Shown: piece after piece, positions 12,062-25,300 of the stretch
How the letters are laid out: the number at the start of each line of letters is the position of its first letter
Numbering within the stretch: the stretch's first letter is position 1
Source of the DNA: Sarea resinae
Lineage: Eukaryota
Direction of reading: 5' to 3'
Length of the DNA stretch: 64,000 nt
Assembly (NCBI GenBank): GCA_026026165.1
Contig: JAPEUD010000035.1
Coordinates: 62,001-126,000, forward strand
The notes under the pieces: generated by a model
Told to the model about the DNA's origin: nothing
The model's database searches: none
The model's input: the letters and a program-made list of their open reading frames with translations, nothing else
Made by a program: the position numbers and the translations under genes

Positions 12062-13613
12062 ATGTCTAACCTCGTCAACAAGGTCAAAGATGCCTTGAGC
12101 GGCCATCATGATAACACGGCCACTGAGCCTTCAACCACGGGTCATTCTACCACCACGGGTCACTCCACCACGACTGGCCATTCCACCAATGCTGGTCCTC
12201 ACGACAGCAACATCGGCAACAAGGCTGATCCTCGCATCGATAGCGACCTAGGTAAGCATTCGTGCTGATCTCATCATCTCTCAACTCCATTTCCCGACGT
12301 CAAGTTTGACTAACCATCTTCATCATATCAGATCACCGTGGCACTACAGGCCTTTCGTCGGGAACGACGACCGGAGCTGCTGGTACTACAGGCAGCACTG
12401 CCGGTGTGACTGGCGCAGCTGGTCACGGCTCTTCCAACTATGGACCTCACTCCTCCAATGTTGGGAACAAGGCTGATCCTCGCGTGGATAGCGACCTTGG
12501 TATGTTGTCGTGTCTTTTGTGAGAATTATGACCATTTATTGATCGTCTATAGAGCACCGCGGTGCCGCGCATACTGCAGGGACCACCACAGGAACCACCA
12601 CTGGTGTGACTGGTACAACTGGCTCTTCCAACTTCGGGCCTCATTCCAGTAATGCAGCCAACCAGCTTGACCCCCGTGTTGATAGCGACCTTGGTACGCA
12701 GTTTCGCCCGTTGGAAACCATGGAGGATGTTCACTGACCATCTATAGATCACCGTGGTGCCGCCCATTCTGCAGGAAACACCACAGGAACCACCACCGGC
12801 CTGGCTGGTGCTGGTACAACGGGCCATGGCTCTTCAAACTATGGACCGCACTCCTCCAGCGTTGGGAACAAGGCTGATCCTCGTGTTGATAGCGACCTTG
12901 GTACGTCGTTGCTTTCTTCCGAAGGAGAAAGCGAATTGTGGACTGACATTGTATAGACCACCGTGGTGTTGCTGGCATCCCCAGTACTGGCCGCTCAGCT
13001 GGTACTACTGGCTATGGCTCTTCCACTCGAGGTACCACTGGAGTCGGCTCTACCACTGGGGCTGGCTCTACCACTGGAGTTGGCTCTACCACTGGAGTTG
13101 GCTCTACCACTACTGCCGGTCCTCACAAGTCGAACGTCCTCAACAAGGCGGACCCGAGGTAAGGACCCTTGTTTGGAGTACCGCGATTAATACTGATGAA
13201 AAGCAGAGTTGACTCCGACCTTGATGGCTCCGGCACACTTGGCGGCGGCGCCTCGAGGAACGTTGCTGGTACCACAACCGCCGGGAATCCAGGAAGCTCT
13301 GTGACAGGTTCGGGAGCAACGACTGGTGTTGGTGATAACTCTGGCATTCACCGTGGCGGGTATGGCAGTACGACCACTGGAGCCACTGGTGGCGTCCCGG
13401 GCGCTTATGACGGCGGTTACGAGACCGGAGTTGGCTCAACGGGGGCTGCTCCTAACACAGCTGGACCACACAAGTCTGACTTGCTGAACAAAGTTGACCC
13501 CAGGTATGTCAATGGCATGGGGAATTCAGTACTGTGGAGACTAACGTACCTGCAGAGTTGATTCCGATCTAGACGGTAGCAAGACCGTAGGAGGAGACAA
13601 GACCCATGCGTAA
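12062..13613 (+). CDS. Fungal dehydrin-like stress protein with six DPR repeats
   Basis: Six GPHxS..NKxDPRxDSDL repeats with Gly/Thr-rich spacers. Introns 12252-12331, 12500-12552, 12694-12747, 12901-12956, 13159-13206, 13504-13555; stop TAA 13611-13613. Confidence 0.9.
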
Positions 13614-14214
13614 GAATCCAAGTCCAGTGTGTCGCACAATATCATTTGGATCATGGACCCTAACAATGTATGCATTAGGGGCACGACCACTGGCCACACT
13701 CGTGATGGCCGTGATGCTGCTCAAGTTCCTCCCAGCGTTCTTGCAAGCAACATTGGCGGGCCCGAGACTAGCGAGCGTCGTCGTGGCAGCATCGCCGAGG
13801 ATCTGCAACGCTATGGCTCCGGCCGCTAAAAGTCCATCTCTTTTGTTGCTCACGAAGCGTCACGAAAAATTCTTCACAAGTCTTCTTCATGGGTTTACGG
13901 CTTTTATGACTTTAGCATGGGCGAAACGCCTCTCCTGTATTTTAGCTTTTCTGTCGGCCCCTTGATGGCTAGACCCTGCGCTCTTGCTGTCAGGTACTTT
14001 CTGCATTCACTGAGTAGTCGAGAATGAAATAAAAAAAAGATCTCACCCATTTGAGTCGCGGTGCGATTGTGCAGAAACCCAGACTCGTGATTGGGCACTG
14101 CAGCACAAGATGATGTTGTTTGTCAGCCGGGCTCAGTTCTAGCGCCGACTTTGTAGATGCCTACTACTCCGGAGTATATGCGCTCTCCAGTTCGGTTTAG
14201 GTGAGGGTCGTTGG

Positions 14215-14248
14215 CATCATCATCATCCTCTACTAGTACTAGTACTAG

Positions 14249-14287
<39 letters not shown>

Positions 14288-14600
14288 AGGTCAAGAGAGA
14301 GGGAGGAAGAGGGAGAGGGAGAGAGAGGGACGAGAACAGCAGTTGACTTGGTGACTCCGTGATGGATGATTGATGGTTGATGAAGGACGAAGAAATAGAA
14401 TTGACGACTACAACAACTACAATAGACAACTACAGCAACAACAATAACAACGAAAATAATAATACAAAAAGCCAAACCAAGAGCCTCGATGGATGGATGG
14501 ATCGACCGAGAACTCGAATGGTCAACAGTCAGCAGTCAACAGTCAACAGTCAACAGTCAACAGTCGAAAGAGGAAAGAAAAGAAAAGGCAACAAAAGAGA
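14215..14600. repeat. Microsatellite cluster (CTA)n, (GA)-rich, (ACA)n, (GTCAACA)n
   Basis: Read directly; downstream of the SET gene. Confidence 0.85.
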
Positions 14601-14958
14601 ACAAGAGAGAACAAAACACTTCCCCTTCTTCTCTCCCCTCCTCCCTCCCGTCTGTCGATCATGCAGAGACAAAAAAGTAAACAGTAAAAAAAGGAAAACG
14701 CTACCCTTCCCCCCTCCCCCACCATGAACGCCCCCGGTGAACCATTTCTCAATCTGAAAGCAAAACCCGGACGCCAATATCGCCTCCATGCCATGCCCAA
14801 TAACAATGTAATCTGATATGGATATGGAAAAAAAAAATACCCGGACAGGAGCCAAGGGACCACACGCACACATCCTCATCTACTTCCAATTTCAGTGAAT
14901 GAATCCTGACAAGTCTCCTGGCCCTCCTCTTCGCTGTCTGCTCAAGACATCGATCTAT

Positions 14959-17443
14959 TCATTCATCATCGCCGCCGCCGTCGCCAATGATGCGGATCCC
15001 GCCCTCGTGATCGCGGCCCAGACGGCCTTGCTTCGAGGTCGAAGAAGAGAACTTGCTCTTGGTAATGGCGGCAGCCCGGCGCGTGGCCCGCACGCTCTGA
15101 ACCACATTGTCACGCAGAGCCGCTTTCGTCGTGTTGACGCTGACGCGTCTCGTAGTCTTTGACGTTTCGGCCTTTCGACGCGCGAGAGAGGGCGGCGTGC
15201 TGCCGGACAGGAGACGCGTGTCAGTAGCGCTGGACTTGCGACGTCCGGCTCCGACGGCGGTAGAGAGCCGTTCGAGAACGGTCGTGCGATTGAAGGGCCG
15301 GCGAGATGATGCTGGCGAGACTACTGGAGTCTTCTTGGGGCTCTTCTTGCCCGTCGTGGCCTTCTTTGCCGACTTGATGTCTGCCGGAGAGGGCATGGGT
15401 GATTTGGTGGTCGACTTGACGGTCTTTTGCGCAGACTCGGCATGTTTTTTTGTAAGTTTGCTATTGATTCGAGTCTTGCTCTTTGCGATGGCTGCCTTGG
15501 CCGCTTTAGCAGACTCGGGAAATATCTTTCTCTTCTTGGCGCTGCTGTTCTCATCTGCCCCAGAAAAGAGCTGGCCCAATTTTCTCTTCGCCCCTGTGAT
15601 AATCGGATTGAGGACGCCCTTGTCTTCTTTGGGCTTTGAATGATCTTTCGTTCGAGGGCCGAGTACTCCACGACATGTCGGCGCGCCACAGCGGCATTCT
15701 TGAACGTTCTTGATAGAAAAAGGGCTGAGATAGTCAGCTTCTGCAAACTACTTTCTCACAAAAAGGAACTTACTCAAAGTTGTAGTCATAAGTAAGCTCC
15801 TCACCAGTCATGATTCCCCTCTCACCGGCAAAGAGGGCCATGCGCGGCCTGCCAGCCACAGTCCACTTGACCATGCTGCAATTTGGCTCGCATGAGTGAT
15901 TGACAAAGCGTGCAATAGAACCTCGGGTGGCATCAATGATCATGTTCTGGTCAAAAAGCATGAGATAGTAGCACTGAGCCTGTTAGTAAAGTCCTGGTAA
16001 TCATGATAAGAATCTCAAACCTCGTTGTTCTTGTATTCTTTTTTCATTCTCTTCTCGCATTCCTCCTGCGTGATGATCTCACCCGCATATTCAACAATGA
16101 TCTGATTAGGTTCGAAAGTTCGATTGCTCCGTACTCCATATCCACGGTCCAGCGTTTTGATGACTTCGACGCCAATGTTGTATTTGCCGCCGGCCTGGCA
16201 TCGCTTCTTGAGACCTGCAAAGCTGCGGTTCGTGCAGTGTTCTGCTCCAATGTTGCAATTGCTATCATCACATTCATAGAACATGTATCGGTTTTGGCAG
16301 TTTTCATCACAGCCAGTTTCTGGGGTGCAAATACACCTTGAAAGTTCCTGAACTTTGTGCTTCTTCCAAATAGTTGCTGCCTCGCCGACGAAATGGTCTA
16401 TAGCCGTTAGCTGATACCCTTCAGCCTTTCTCACAACGAGTAAACTGACTTTTCTGCGTCTTTCTCCACTCCTCAGGCTTGGGCTGCCCGTGAGGAAGCG
16501 GTGAGAATACATCAAAGGGGAGTCTGAAATCCCTTCCGTTCTCGAGCAGACGCTCCCCCGTGAATATTGGCAGTCGAAGGAAGCTCTTCAGTTGTTCGTT
16601 GCTCTTATCAGCCAGCGGGCTCTTCTTCCCCTTTCTCCCATGATTCTTCAAGCCGGACGGGGATTCTTGTCCACTGTACAGGCCGTGAGATAGCCAGCGC
16701 TTGGATCTCGGCCGTGGAGGTTGTTTAGGTTCAGGTGCAGCCTCGGGGACAATAGGCTTTGCCGCAGCGCCGTCCGCCAGCTTCATTTTCTTATTGGCCG
16801 GTTCCTCTGGAACTTCGGCCTTGACCATCTTCGCGTCTCTAGGTCTGAGACTGCTCCTTCTATCCACACCCAGTGTCTGTAGCTTTTCCTTACCGGCCTC
16901 CAACACGCCTCTTCCTCGTTTTCCCAAGCTCGATTTCACTTCAGTCACCATGCCTGTAGCTCTTGTCAACAAAGACAGACGCGTCGACTTTCTCCGCACG
17001 GGCGATGCATCGCCCAATCCAGCCTTTTTGCTTGGGGTTTCTTTTCCATCCTTTAAACCATCCACATCCCAGCTCAAATTCAGTGCATCGATGCTCCTTC
17101 CAAGTAGTCGTTCTTCAGAGCCATTGAGGCTGTTGACCAATGTCGCGCCAGATACGTTTCGGGTTCCCCCTTCGTCGTTGTTGTTTTTACGATTCCGCTT
17201 CTTCGCAGTGCCCGATAGAACGTGCTCGTTATAGCTCCCCACGCTCGGCCGAGCGCGCAAGACGCGTCCGGTCTCGGGAGGGGTGTCAGCCTGCTTCTCC
17301 AAATCGGGCGACATGTTCGAACGCTCGGTGTTACTCGTTGGCGGTGTAGATGAGCCGGCCAAGGAATCGGTTGCGGCGTCGTGAACGGAGATACAGGACA
17401 GCGTCGAAGATGACGAGGCGCGTTTCAATTGCGGGCGAGCCAT
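14959..17443 (-). CDS. ASH1-type histone H3K36 methyltransferase (AWS-SET-postSET)
   Basis: AWS Cys cluster CICTPETGCDENCQNR, RGYGVR, IARFVNHSCEPNC, GEELTYDY, post-SET CRCGAPTCRG; basic low-complexity tails. Introns 16398-16449, 15974-16020, 15725-15773. Confidence 0.9.
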
Positions 17444-18245
17444 CTTGATAGAGCTCCTCGTATCGAGGTCCACCAGGGTTTGGCAGAGAAGGTTGGAGAT
17501 GAGCAGAGCAATGCGAGGGTTCGGTGTATGTGTGTGGGAGTATGTGCGTGTATGGACGCGGGTAAACGAGCACGAGCAGAGGGCGCCCGATTGCTCGAGT
17601 GCTTTAGCCTAGAAGGACGAACAAGGAGGCTGCATAAGATGAATTCTGCGAGACAAGAATGGCTTGCACTTGGCTCCCTAGGCAGGTAGGCAGCTTCAAT
17701 ACGGGAGGAATTGACAACAGCAGTCGGCAGTGAATTGATGGAGATCAAGTTGCACTTGCATATGGATGCAGCCTTGCATTGTTGTTGTCCCCCAGCCTGC
17801 CCAATTTAGCCGCTCCTTTGTTGATATACACGGGCACATTCCAAGCTACACCACAACCGACCCACCTATCTGAGAAATAGCAACCGCTGACACGAAATCA
17901 TCCTTGAGAATTCGAGATGAGAAAGATATCGCCATCATCTGGCCGGGAATAGACATTAAAATGATTACTGCGCAGCTTTGGAAAGCCCTATATTTACTCT
18001 CCCGCCCCCTATCGCGCGGCTACCTGCACTGTAGCTCGCCGAATTGAATCAATCCTACATGGAATTACACCACGAGTAAGGTTAAATGTCGCTCAAACGC
18101 CGCAAAAATAATGAACACGTGTTCCAACCAACGCTTGCAAAGGGTATCAAGTCGTCTTCTCGCACGCGTGGGACTCCGACGGATCTCACGAGCCCGCAAT
18201 CCTGATACGAGAACCCAGCTACCCATCATCCTCTCAAGCCTTCAG

Positions 18246-20351
18246 TCATCCCAGATTACTATCGGACACAGACACATCCAGTGCCGGTACGCCGCGGGAG
18301 ACGGGGCCCTGAAAGGATGGCTGAGCTTCTCCCACGTTCTGCATCTCCAATCCTCCGCCCTGCTGTTCTGGAACAAGTGGAGCCTGCCTCTTCCCTCTCC
18401 GGGCACCAAATCTCTGGTCACCCTCTTCGTATTTTCTCTTGAAGTGCAGGTACGTTGGAGGTCTCGGTCTCCCTAACACAACGATCCAATTCTTCAAAAA
18501 ATTTCCCTGGGTGAAGGGCCGATGCCGGTCCTTCTTCACGAACTTGTGGGAGTTCAGGTATTCCCTAGTTGTCTCCCCTCGTCCCATGAGAAAGAAATGA
18601 TATCCCCAAAGAGATCCAGGGTAGGGAGTGATGAGGATACCGTAAATAAACATGGCGAAGGGGACACGGAGATGGTTGATGGCCTTGCCGAAAGAGATGT
18701 GCTCTCTGGATCTGTAGACCAAGATATGAGCCAGGCTCGCGCCGAGAAGGAAGAGTCCGAGGAGAGTGCCCGAGGTAACGAAGGTGAAGAAATAGCGGTA
18801 ATTGCGACGACCAACGCAATTGTTTAACCAGACGCAGTGGTGATCTTGAGTCTCAACGCAATTGTCGCAAACTCTGCAGTGGTGGCCCCGCGGCGGTCTC
18901 CAGATATTGCATGTTTTACAGTATTTGGTTGGTACCTCCATAGCAGCACTAGCCGAAGCAGCAGACTTGATCATTGTCCAGTCTGTAGTGGGGGGACCAA
19001 GAGTAAGGGGATCCGCATCCTCGCTTGGAGGCGGCAGCTGATGTAAATTTCGAGGGAGGATCTTGAACATATTAGCTAGAGCTCTCAAGTCTTCATTGGG
19101 TGAGGACTCACTCCAGGGTCTGTAATGGAAGCATGAACAAAAGATGAAATACATATTAGGAAAAGATACGCAAAGACTATCGGTATGGCGGGAGAAACGT
19201 GATGCCAAAGCCAAGGTGCTCTGCATAATGATCATTAGCATTACGACTTCCGCAAAGTGATTATGGTGTTGGACGTACGAGAAACCAAAGAAGAGACCCG
19301 CAGGTACGACTACAACGATCCCAGTCACTATGTTGATGGGCCTATCCCTTGCATTCTGTAATCGGCCTCCCCAGCAGAAAATGGTATTACCAGAGAAGTA
19401 CTGGAAGTTGCTTCCGAGGTTCTTGGTAACGTCGGGTACCATTTTGGTCGGTACAGACCTTGGGGACGAAGCTGAAGACGACAATTTTTCGCGGCCTTGC
19501 GTATCGTCGTATCTAGAAGCCCGCTGACTTCTACCAGGAAGCAGAAAACTTGAGCGAAACGACCCGGGAGATCTCTGATTCGACCCCAGCGCGCTAGATG
19601 AATGTTTCTGGGTTTTGCTCAGATCGAGATGAGGCGGGCCCTTATTGGCTGATCGATCCTGCAGCGGTCTCAGGCTGTCCGGCACACTTCGAACGGTGCC
19701 GTTTCCCGCAGGACTTGTGTTTGCCGTCGCCCTATCGGTTCCTTCTCTGTCCGTGAACTCTGTGCCTCGAGATGGCGGAGGTAGATACTCGATATCTTGG
19801 TGTATGACAGGATCGTGAGGCTGGGTCCCGTTTGAGCCAAGGCTATGCCGATTGGTATTCCTGGCAAACGGATCTCTGAAGCTACCTTCGTCGATCGAGG
19901 CTTGTCCCGTAGTCGAAGGTCGACCGCCGCGCTGCGCCTGGAGACGCTGCGAACTCATCGGCCGAAAGAAAGAAGGCGAGGTGATCGAAGGGACATGGGT
20001 CTTGCTCGTCGAGCTTTGAGGCCTGCCCGCTATTGACGTCCCGGTGATACTCTCGCCCGTTATACTGCCCCGTGGCTGCATTGAGAACATCCCCCGTCGG
20101 GACGGAGGAGCTTGCGACCAGGTGTTGCGCTGGGAAGAGACACCCGTCGCGGCCGATGAAGGACGCGGCGAGGCGGCATGTTGCCTTGCGCTGTCGGTGT
20201 ATTGCTGGTCGCCATCTTCTGACGCTATATCAGTCATGCGAGAAGAGATTGCGCTCTCCGGGCGATGGGTCTCTGACAAGGTGCCCAGGGGGGTCGGAAA
20301 GGTGCTGCTCGCGGGGGATTGAGGAAATGTCGGGCTGGTCGGAGAGGCCAT
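18246..20351 (-). CDS. ERF2: DHHC palmitoyltransferase, Erf2 family
   Basis: KYCKTCNIWRPPRGHHCRVCDNCVETQDHHCVWLNNCVGRRNYRYF, TTRE motif, GNTIFCWGGRLQN. Introns 19221-19278 and 19062-19111. Confidence 0.93.
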   Translation of the reverse strand: MASPTSPTFPQSPASSTFPTPLGTLSETHRPESAISSRMTDIASEDGDQQYTDSARQHAASPRPSSAATGVSSQRNTWSQAPPSRRGMFSMQPRGSITGESITGTSIAGRPQSSTSKTHVPSITSPSFFRPMSSQRLQAQRGGRPSTTGQASIDEGSFRDPFARNTNRHSLGSNGTQPHDPVIHQDIEYLPPPSRGTEFTDREGTDRATANTSPAGNGTVRSVPDSLRPLQDRSANKGPPHLDLSKTQKHSSSALGSNQRSPGSFRSSFLLPGRSQRASRYDDTQGREKLSSSASSPRSVPTKMVPDVTKNLGSNFQYFSGNTIFCWGGRLQNARDRPINIVTGIVVVVPAGLFFGFSYVQHHNHFAEVVMLMIIMQSTLALASRFSRHTDSLCVSFPNMYFIFCSCFHYRPWSESSPNEDLRALANMFKILPRNLHQLPPPSEDADPLTLGPPTTDWTMIKSAASASAAMEVPTKYCKTCNIWRPPRGHHCRVCDNCVETQDHHCVWLNNCVGRRNYRYFFTFVTSGTLLGLFLLGASLAHILVYRSREHISFGKAINHLRVPFAMFIYGILITPYPGSLWGYHFFLMGRGETTREYLNSHKFVKKDRHRPFTQGNFLKNWIVVLGRPRPPTYLHFKRKYEEGDQRFGARRGKRQAPLVPEQQGGGLEMQNVGEAQPSFQGPVSRGVPALDVSVSDSNLG

Positions 20352-21102
20352 GGCGAGATTGGAATCGGCCGATTAGATGTTAGATGAGAATTAGGGTCCA
20401 ATTGAATGGTGTATATCAGCAATCCTGTCGCATCCTGATCGTATGTCGTTGTTTTTTTCAGATTGGTATAGAAGATTAGGGCAGCCTGGCTCGAAAGACG
20501 GGGAGAACAGAAGCGACGAAAGAGAGAACCAGGAAAGGAGCGTCCAAGACGGCTGAAGAAAAGAAGACAGCAGCTTGCGTGAAATGGTAGGAAATATGAA
20601 AGAGAGACGGACACGGCGTTGCGGGAAGCTGACGGCGGTGGATTCTTGGTGGTGACACGGCGCGAGGGCGTGAGAAATGACTTACCGCCATTGTTCTGCA
20701 CTAAGGGGCTCCGGGCTCATCTTACGACGGGCGACTTGGGCAGTACCTGTGGGCAGCACTGGACTTGCGGAGAGATGGAAGTACTCCTGCGTATATCACG
20801 GCAGTGCTCCCTGATCACATGACCAACCCGATGGCCCTTCCCAAGAAGGGGAAGCCTCCCAGGCCTCCGCCGTACGCCGCCAATCAGCCGGCGGGTAACT
20901 CCATTCCTCCTCCACCTTCCGCCCGCCAAGCTCAGCCGATCCAAGCTCGCTCGCTCGCTCGCTCACCTCACCCCATCACGAACCTCCATCCCGAATTTTG
21001 ATTCTCTCTCCCGTCTGCACGTCAATTGCAACTCCCACCACTACCACCACCCATCAAAACAACATCTCCACTCCAAACATCTCCAAACCCCACAACGTAA
21101 CA

Positions 21103-21891
21103 ATGTCCTTCGCCGTGCGACGATACGCCACCCAGGCGGGCGAGCAGGCCGGTGTGCTGAAGCAGGGCGCCAAGAGGGATCCTGAGCTCTACGTATGTGA
21201 CGTCGGCCCCATCCCATCTTCTGGTCTCGGTCTGGCACGCAGCGCCATCGGCTGTGCCAAGTGACTCGACGTTGCTGCTTGCATTGTTTCAATCACCATC
21301 GCCCCAGAAGACCGTCAATGGCACGTCGTCAGACAGAGCCGAACGCTGACAACCGCGCGACCAACAGATCCTCATGGGCGTCATGTCCGGAGTCTTCGGC
21401 CTCGCCGGATTCTACTTCGGTATGCTTGCCCCCCTCGGCTCCCTCATACTCCCATGTTCATCACCACTTGCTCCCCCTCTGTCCCCAATCGACCCTCCTA
21501 AGCAGTTACCGTAACACCGCTCTAACGCCTTTCCCACCACACAGGATCCAAGCCCACATCCGCCGTCTCGGAGCAAAAGGTGTCGATGGCCAAGGACTCT
21601 CTGCCGTGGCAATCCGAGACCACCGCCGGCGACGAGGCCCGCGCCGACTTCAAGTACAAGTACCACCCAGGCGGCGACCCGACGAACCCGCCCAAGGAAG
21701 CCCCCTCGGCTCTCCACTCCGTTGTCATCCCCAACGTCAACCTACCCAAGGTTAGTTTCTCCATTACCTGCGATGAGGAAGAAGAGGAGGACGGCATTTG
21801 TTGGAAAATTGCTGCTGAGTTGGAGCCGAGCTAATGCGTCCACGGTTAGGAACTCCACGAGAAATACAACAAATGGGGCAAGGACTACTAG
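21103..21891 (+). CDS. Small single-TM mitochondrial protein, probably NDUFA4/MLRQ (B12D)-like
   Basis: Exons 21103-21192, 21368-21419, 21545-21750, 21850-21891: MSFAVRRYATQ..AKRDPELYILMGVMSGVFGLAGFYFG..LPWQ..FKYKYHPGGD..NKWGKDY*. Gene structure is solid, family call is tentative. Confidence 0.65.
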
Positions 21892-22339
21892 ATATCCCAC
21901 TCATATATACATGTACCTTAGAGATGGTTTGATGGCAGGCAGTTGTTGAAAGAAAGTGGCGGACCGAGAGGGCGGGATGGCTACGTTGTATATAAAGATA
22001 AAGCGGACTTATACCGTGTTGATCCGTTGCCGTTGACCCGAAATTCTTTGCCACGTACGTAGTAAGTAACCTCAAGCAAAGCCGAAGCTCGGAAAGAGAA
22101 TACCATGATATATTTTTCGAGGATGGTCCTACACACATAACGACGAGAGCAATACAAACACGAAAAAAACGAAGACGAAAACGAAGGAATCGCAGCCCAT
22201 CAGGGGAACCTATTTCTCAGGAACCTGCTTTCATAGCTGGGCCTAATAGGCGATCCATCCGTTCACCCATCGAGACATCCCAACAGACAAACACAGCGAA
22301 CAGACGAAAGAAAAAAGGAAGCCAAAGAAGAGAAGGTAA

Positions 22340-25300
22340 TCATCGCCTCGTAGCATCATTTCCCTCACTCGCCGGCCTCGCCTTCCCACTCTTAGCCTTC
22401 TCCTTCTCCGCCACGTTCTCCTTGCCCACGTCAGCTGCGACCCCGGCACCAACAGTAGCCGGCTGATCCGCTGCCTCGCCCTCAGCGACTTCTCCAGAAG
22501 TGTTCGGGTTGCGACCCTCGACATCGGGATGCGGGGGCGCGACGGGCTCAGCGGAGTCGGCACCGATTTCATTACCAGCGGCATCGATGACGCGGGTACG
22601 GGTCTCGTAGCGCGTCTTGAAGCTGACTTTGCCTTCGAGAGCGGCGACCTGGGCCTCGTCGAGGATGTTGCCGTCCTGGTCGCGGTACTCGATGCGCTCT
22701 TCGCGCGAGAGAATGTTCTGGTCCGCGGCGCCAGCGGCTGCCGGTGGGGGCTGGGGTGTGACATTGGCGTCGCCAAGGGGTGAAAGCGGCTTTTGGCCGT
22801 CGAGGTCAAGACCGGGAAAGTCGGGATCTTCCTCGACTGGTGCGGCGGCTGCCTCGGGCACAGGTTGCTGCTCGGGAGGCAGTATGGGTGAGGCGGTTGA
22901 GGCGGCGTTGTTCGCAACGTTAGCGTTGACTGAGTATTGAGCCAGCTATGGATGGGACAACGGAATCAGCGATAGTTCCCTTTTTTCTCTCGAGTTTTTT
23001 CCTATCGACCGTGACGGCCTCGATCGGGGGGGTTCCATGTGGGTATGTTTGGACTCACATCAGTGTGAAATGTGTTGCAATCCCAATCCCAGGTGTCAAA
23101 GAGTTTGACCTTGTTACACATGTCCTGAGTCCACGGGTTTCCATATGCAAGCGGGGCGTACAAGGTGAAGACGAATATGCTTAGTCCCACAAAGACGACG
23201 GCTCCCACAGTACCAACACTAGGCCGCTCACGAAGACCAAGACTGCCGATACGATGAATGACGAAATCGTAGGTCTGACAAAGAGCTATTATGGCAAAGT
23301 AGAGGGCGGGAAGGTAATGATGTAGAAACAGCTGACGTTGCATAAGATAGAAGGGGAAATAATGGAACGCCCATCCGAGCACAGAAGTGCCAATCTCATA
23401 GTCAAATCGCTTGAATGTGGTAATGCTGTAATCGGAATAGCCTCGCTGCCAGCGAATGACAGATATGCCTTTGAACAGAACGTAGACAGCAATGGCTACA
23501 GTCGAGGTCCACCAGATCAGAGGATTCCCGATGAGATAGATTTGCCGATGGTCTTTGCCCCAGAAGTTGATCCCGCGTCGGAGGACAGGCCACGATGGGG
23601 GACGCGAATCCCATGCATGCGACTCAACGAGTCCAGCATTGGTGACCCACATCACTTTCTGTAATTCCCAGAATTTTCCTAGGAAGCCGGGGTCACGGTA
23701 ATTGACTTTTTCCGCGTCTTCTCCAAGCATTGGATGCTCGTTCTGTTCGACATACCAAACACTGTTCGGAAGAGTCCCACCTTTGGCGCATGTGACTTCT
23801 TGTTGCTCGAAACCCCAGTCGGGAAGTTTGACCTTGTGTGAGAACAGTACGCAGCCACTCATAACATGAACAAGCTTGAACTTAGTCTGGATTGTCCGTA
23901 CCCGATTCTTTGCAACAGCGCCATCAGACATTGACTTGACTATCTCGACGCGGAAGAGATCATTGGCATCTCCCTCAAATCCTTCATAACCATAGGCAGA
24001 GACTTCATTCTGCCAGTCGGCCTCAGTGACCGGCGGTCGGACGTCGTGCGAATGAAGGCGTCGGTCAGTCGTGATATGATAAAGACGAATGACGGATCCG
24101 TCTTCTAAGAATGTCGGCTTTAGCGTATCCCAGGCATGTGCTCCCTTGATTGGACCGTCTAAACCCTCGGGCTGAGTTTCATTCTCGACAATCCAGACGT
24201 TGTTTTCGTCTTTGTGGGGGTAGAGGGTAATTTGCTGCTGTTGGCTTCCAGCAGGGTACATGGACGCATGCGAATGCAGATACCCGCCCTGAGTATTGTG
24301 GTGGCGGATGGAGATCTGGCTGCCAAATGCAACATCGGCAGGCACATCTTGCATAGCCTTCGAGTTGAGAGTAGCCTGGAATTCGGAAGACATGAAGCCA
24401 TCGCCATCGCCAGGATTCACGAGGCATAGGAAGTGGATGGCAAACATTGCCAGGTAGAACGTGATTGGTACGACGATCAGACAGAAAGCGCGGGCGAGGA
24501 AGTGTTTGAACCAGATTCGCTAGACAGATAGATTAGTTGGACTCTTTGAGGCTCTAGAAGGGCTTGGCTCACGGGTGTAACATTCTGGGTGTCCCCAAGC
24601 AGGATCCAAAGTTGTAGCACCGTCAGGCTTCCAACCCACGCAATGGTGAAAAGGCCAACCCATTTCACACTGACCGTAGCTCCAAGGCCCAGACCTGTAA
24701 GGGTAAGCCAGAACCACCAACTGGGCGAAAATGCCTTCTTGGGGCCTTGTTCTTGTTGGTTATTGAAAGACGTAAAGGCGAGAACAGTGATAGCAGTGAA
24801 GATGATCAACGGTGAGTCTAAAAGAATCAACCGGGATTGGGTCAATAGGCCATTTTCTAGCCAATTGTTAGCCGCAGTCACGTTACGGGGCATGTAAAGG
24901 AGGGCATCAATCACCAAAGATAATCAAGCCTGCTCCCATAGCAGCAGTTGCCGTCCGACAGCCATATGCCTTCAGAGTCAGGAACATTGTCGGTATTGTC
25001 ATTACCCCCATGATGGCCGGCAGCAATCGCATAGACACATATGGTACTCCAGGCTCGATATAGTCTTTCCCAATATCCTTGAAATCGAATTCGCCATCGA
25101 AACCAGCCAGCCAGCCAGCAAGCGTAATCAGCAGTTTTGCCAGAGGAGGATGTACGTCCATGAAGAAGCGTCCTTTGATGTATTTGGAGGCGAAACCGCC
25201 GAAACTATTTGCCAATTGCATCAGTAAATGCTTTTGAGGAGATAACTGTTCCGGACAAGCAACATACTGTACTTCATCGAAAACCACGCTGGATGGTTGA

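Noticed and set aside
12190..13560. Regularly spaced repeats resembling a CRISPR array
   Set aside because: Degenerate codon-level protein repeats in a eukaryotic gene with introns; no cas genes.
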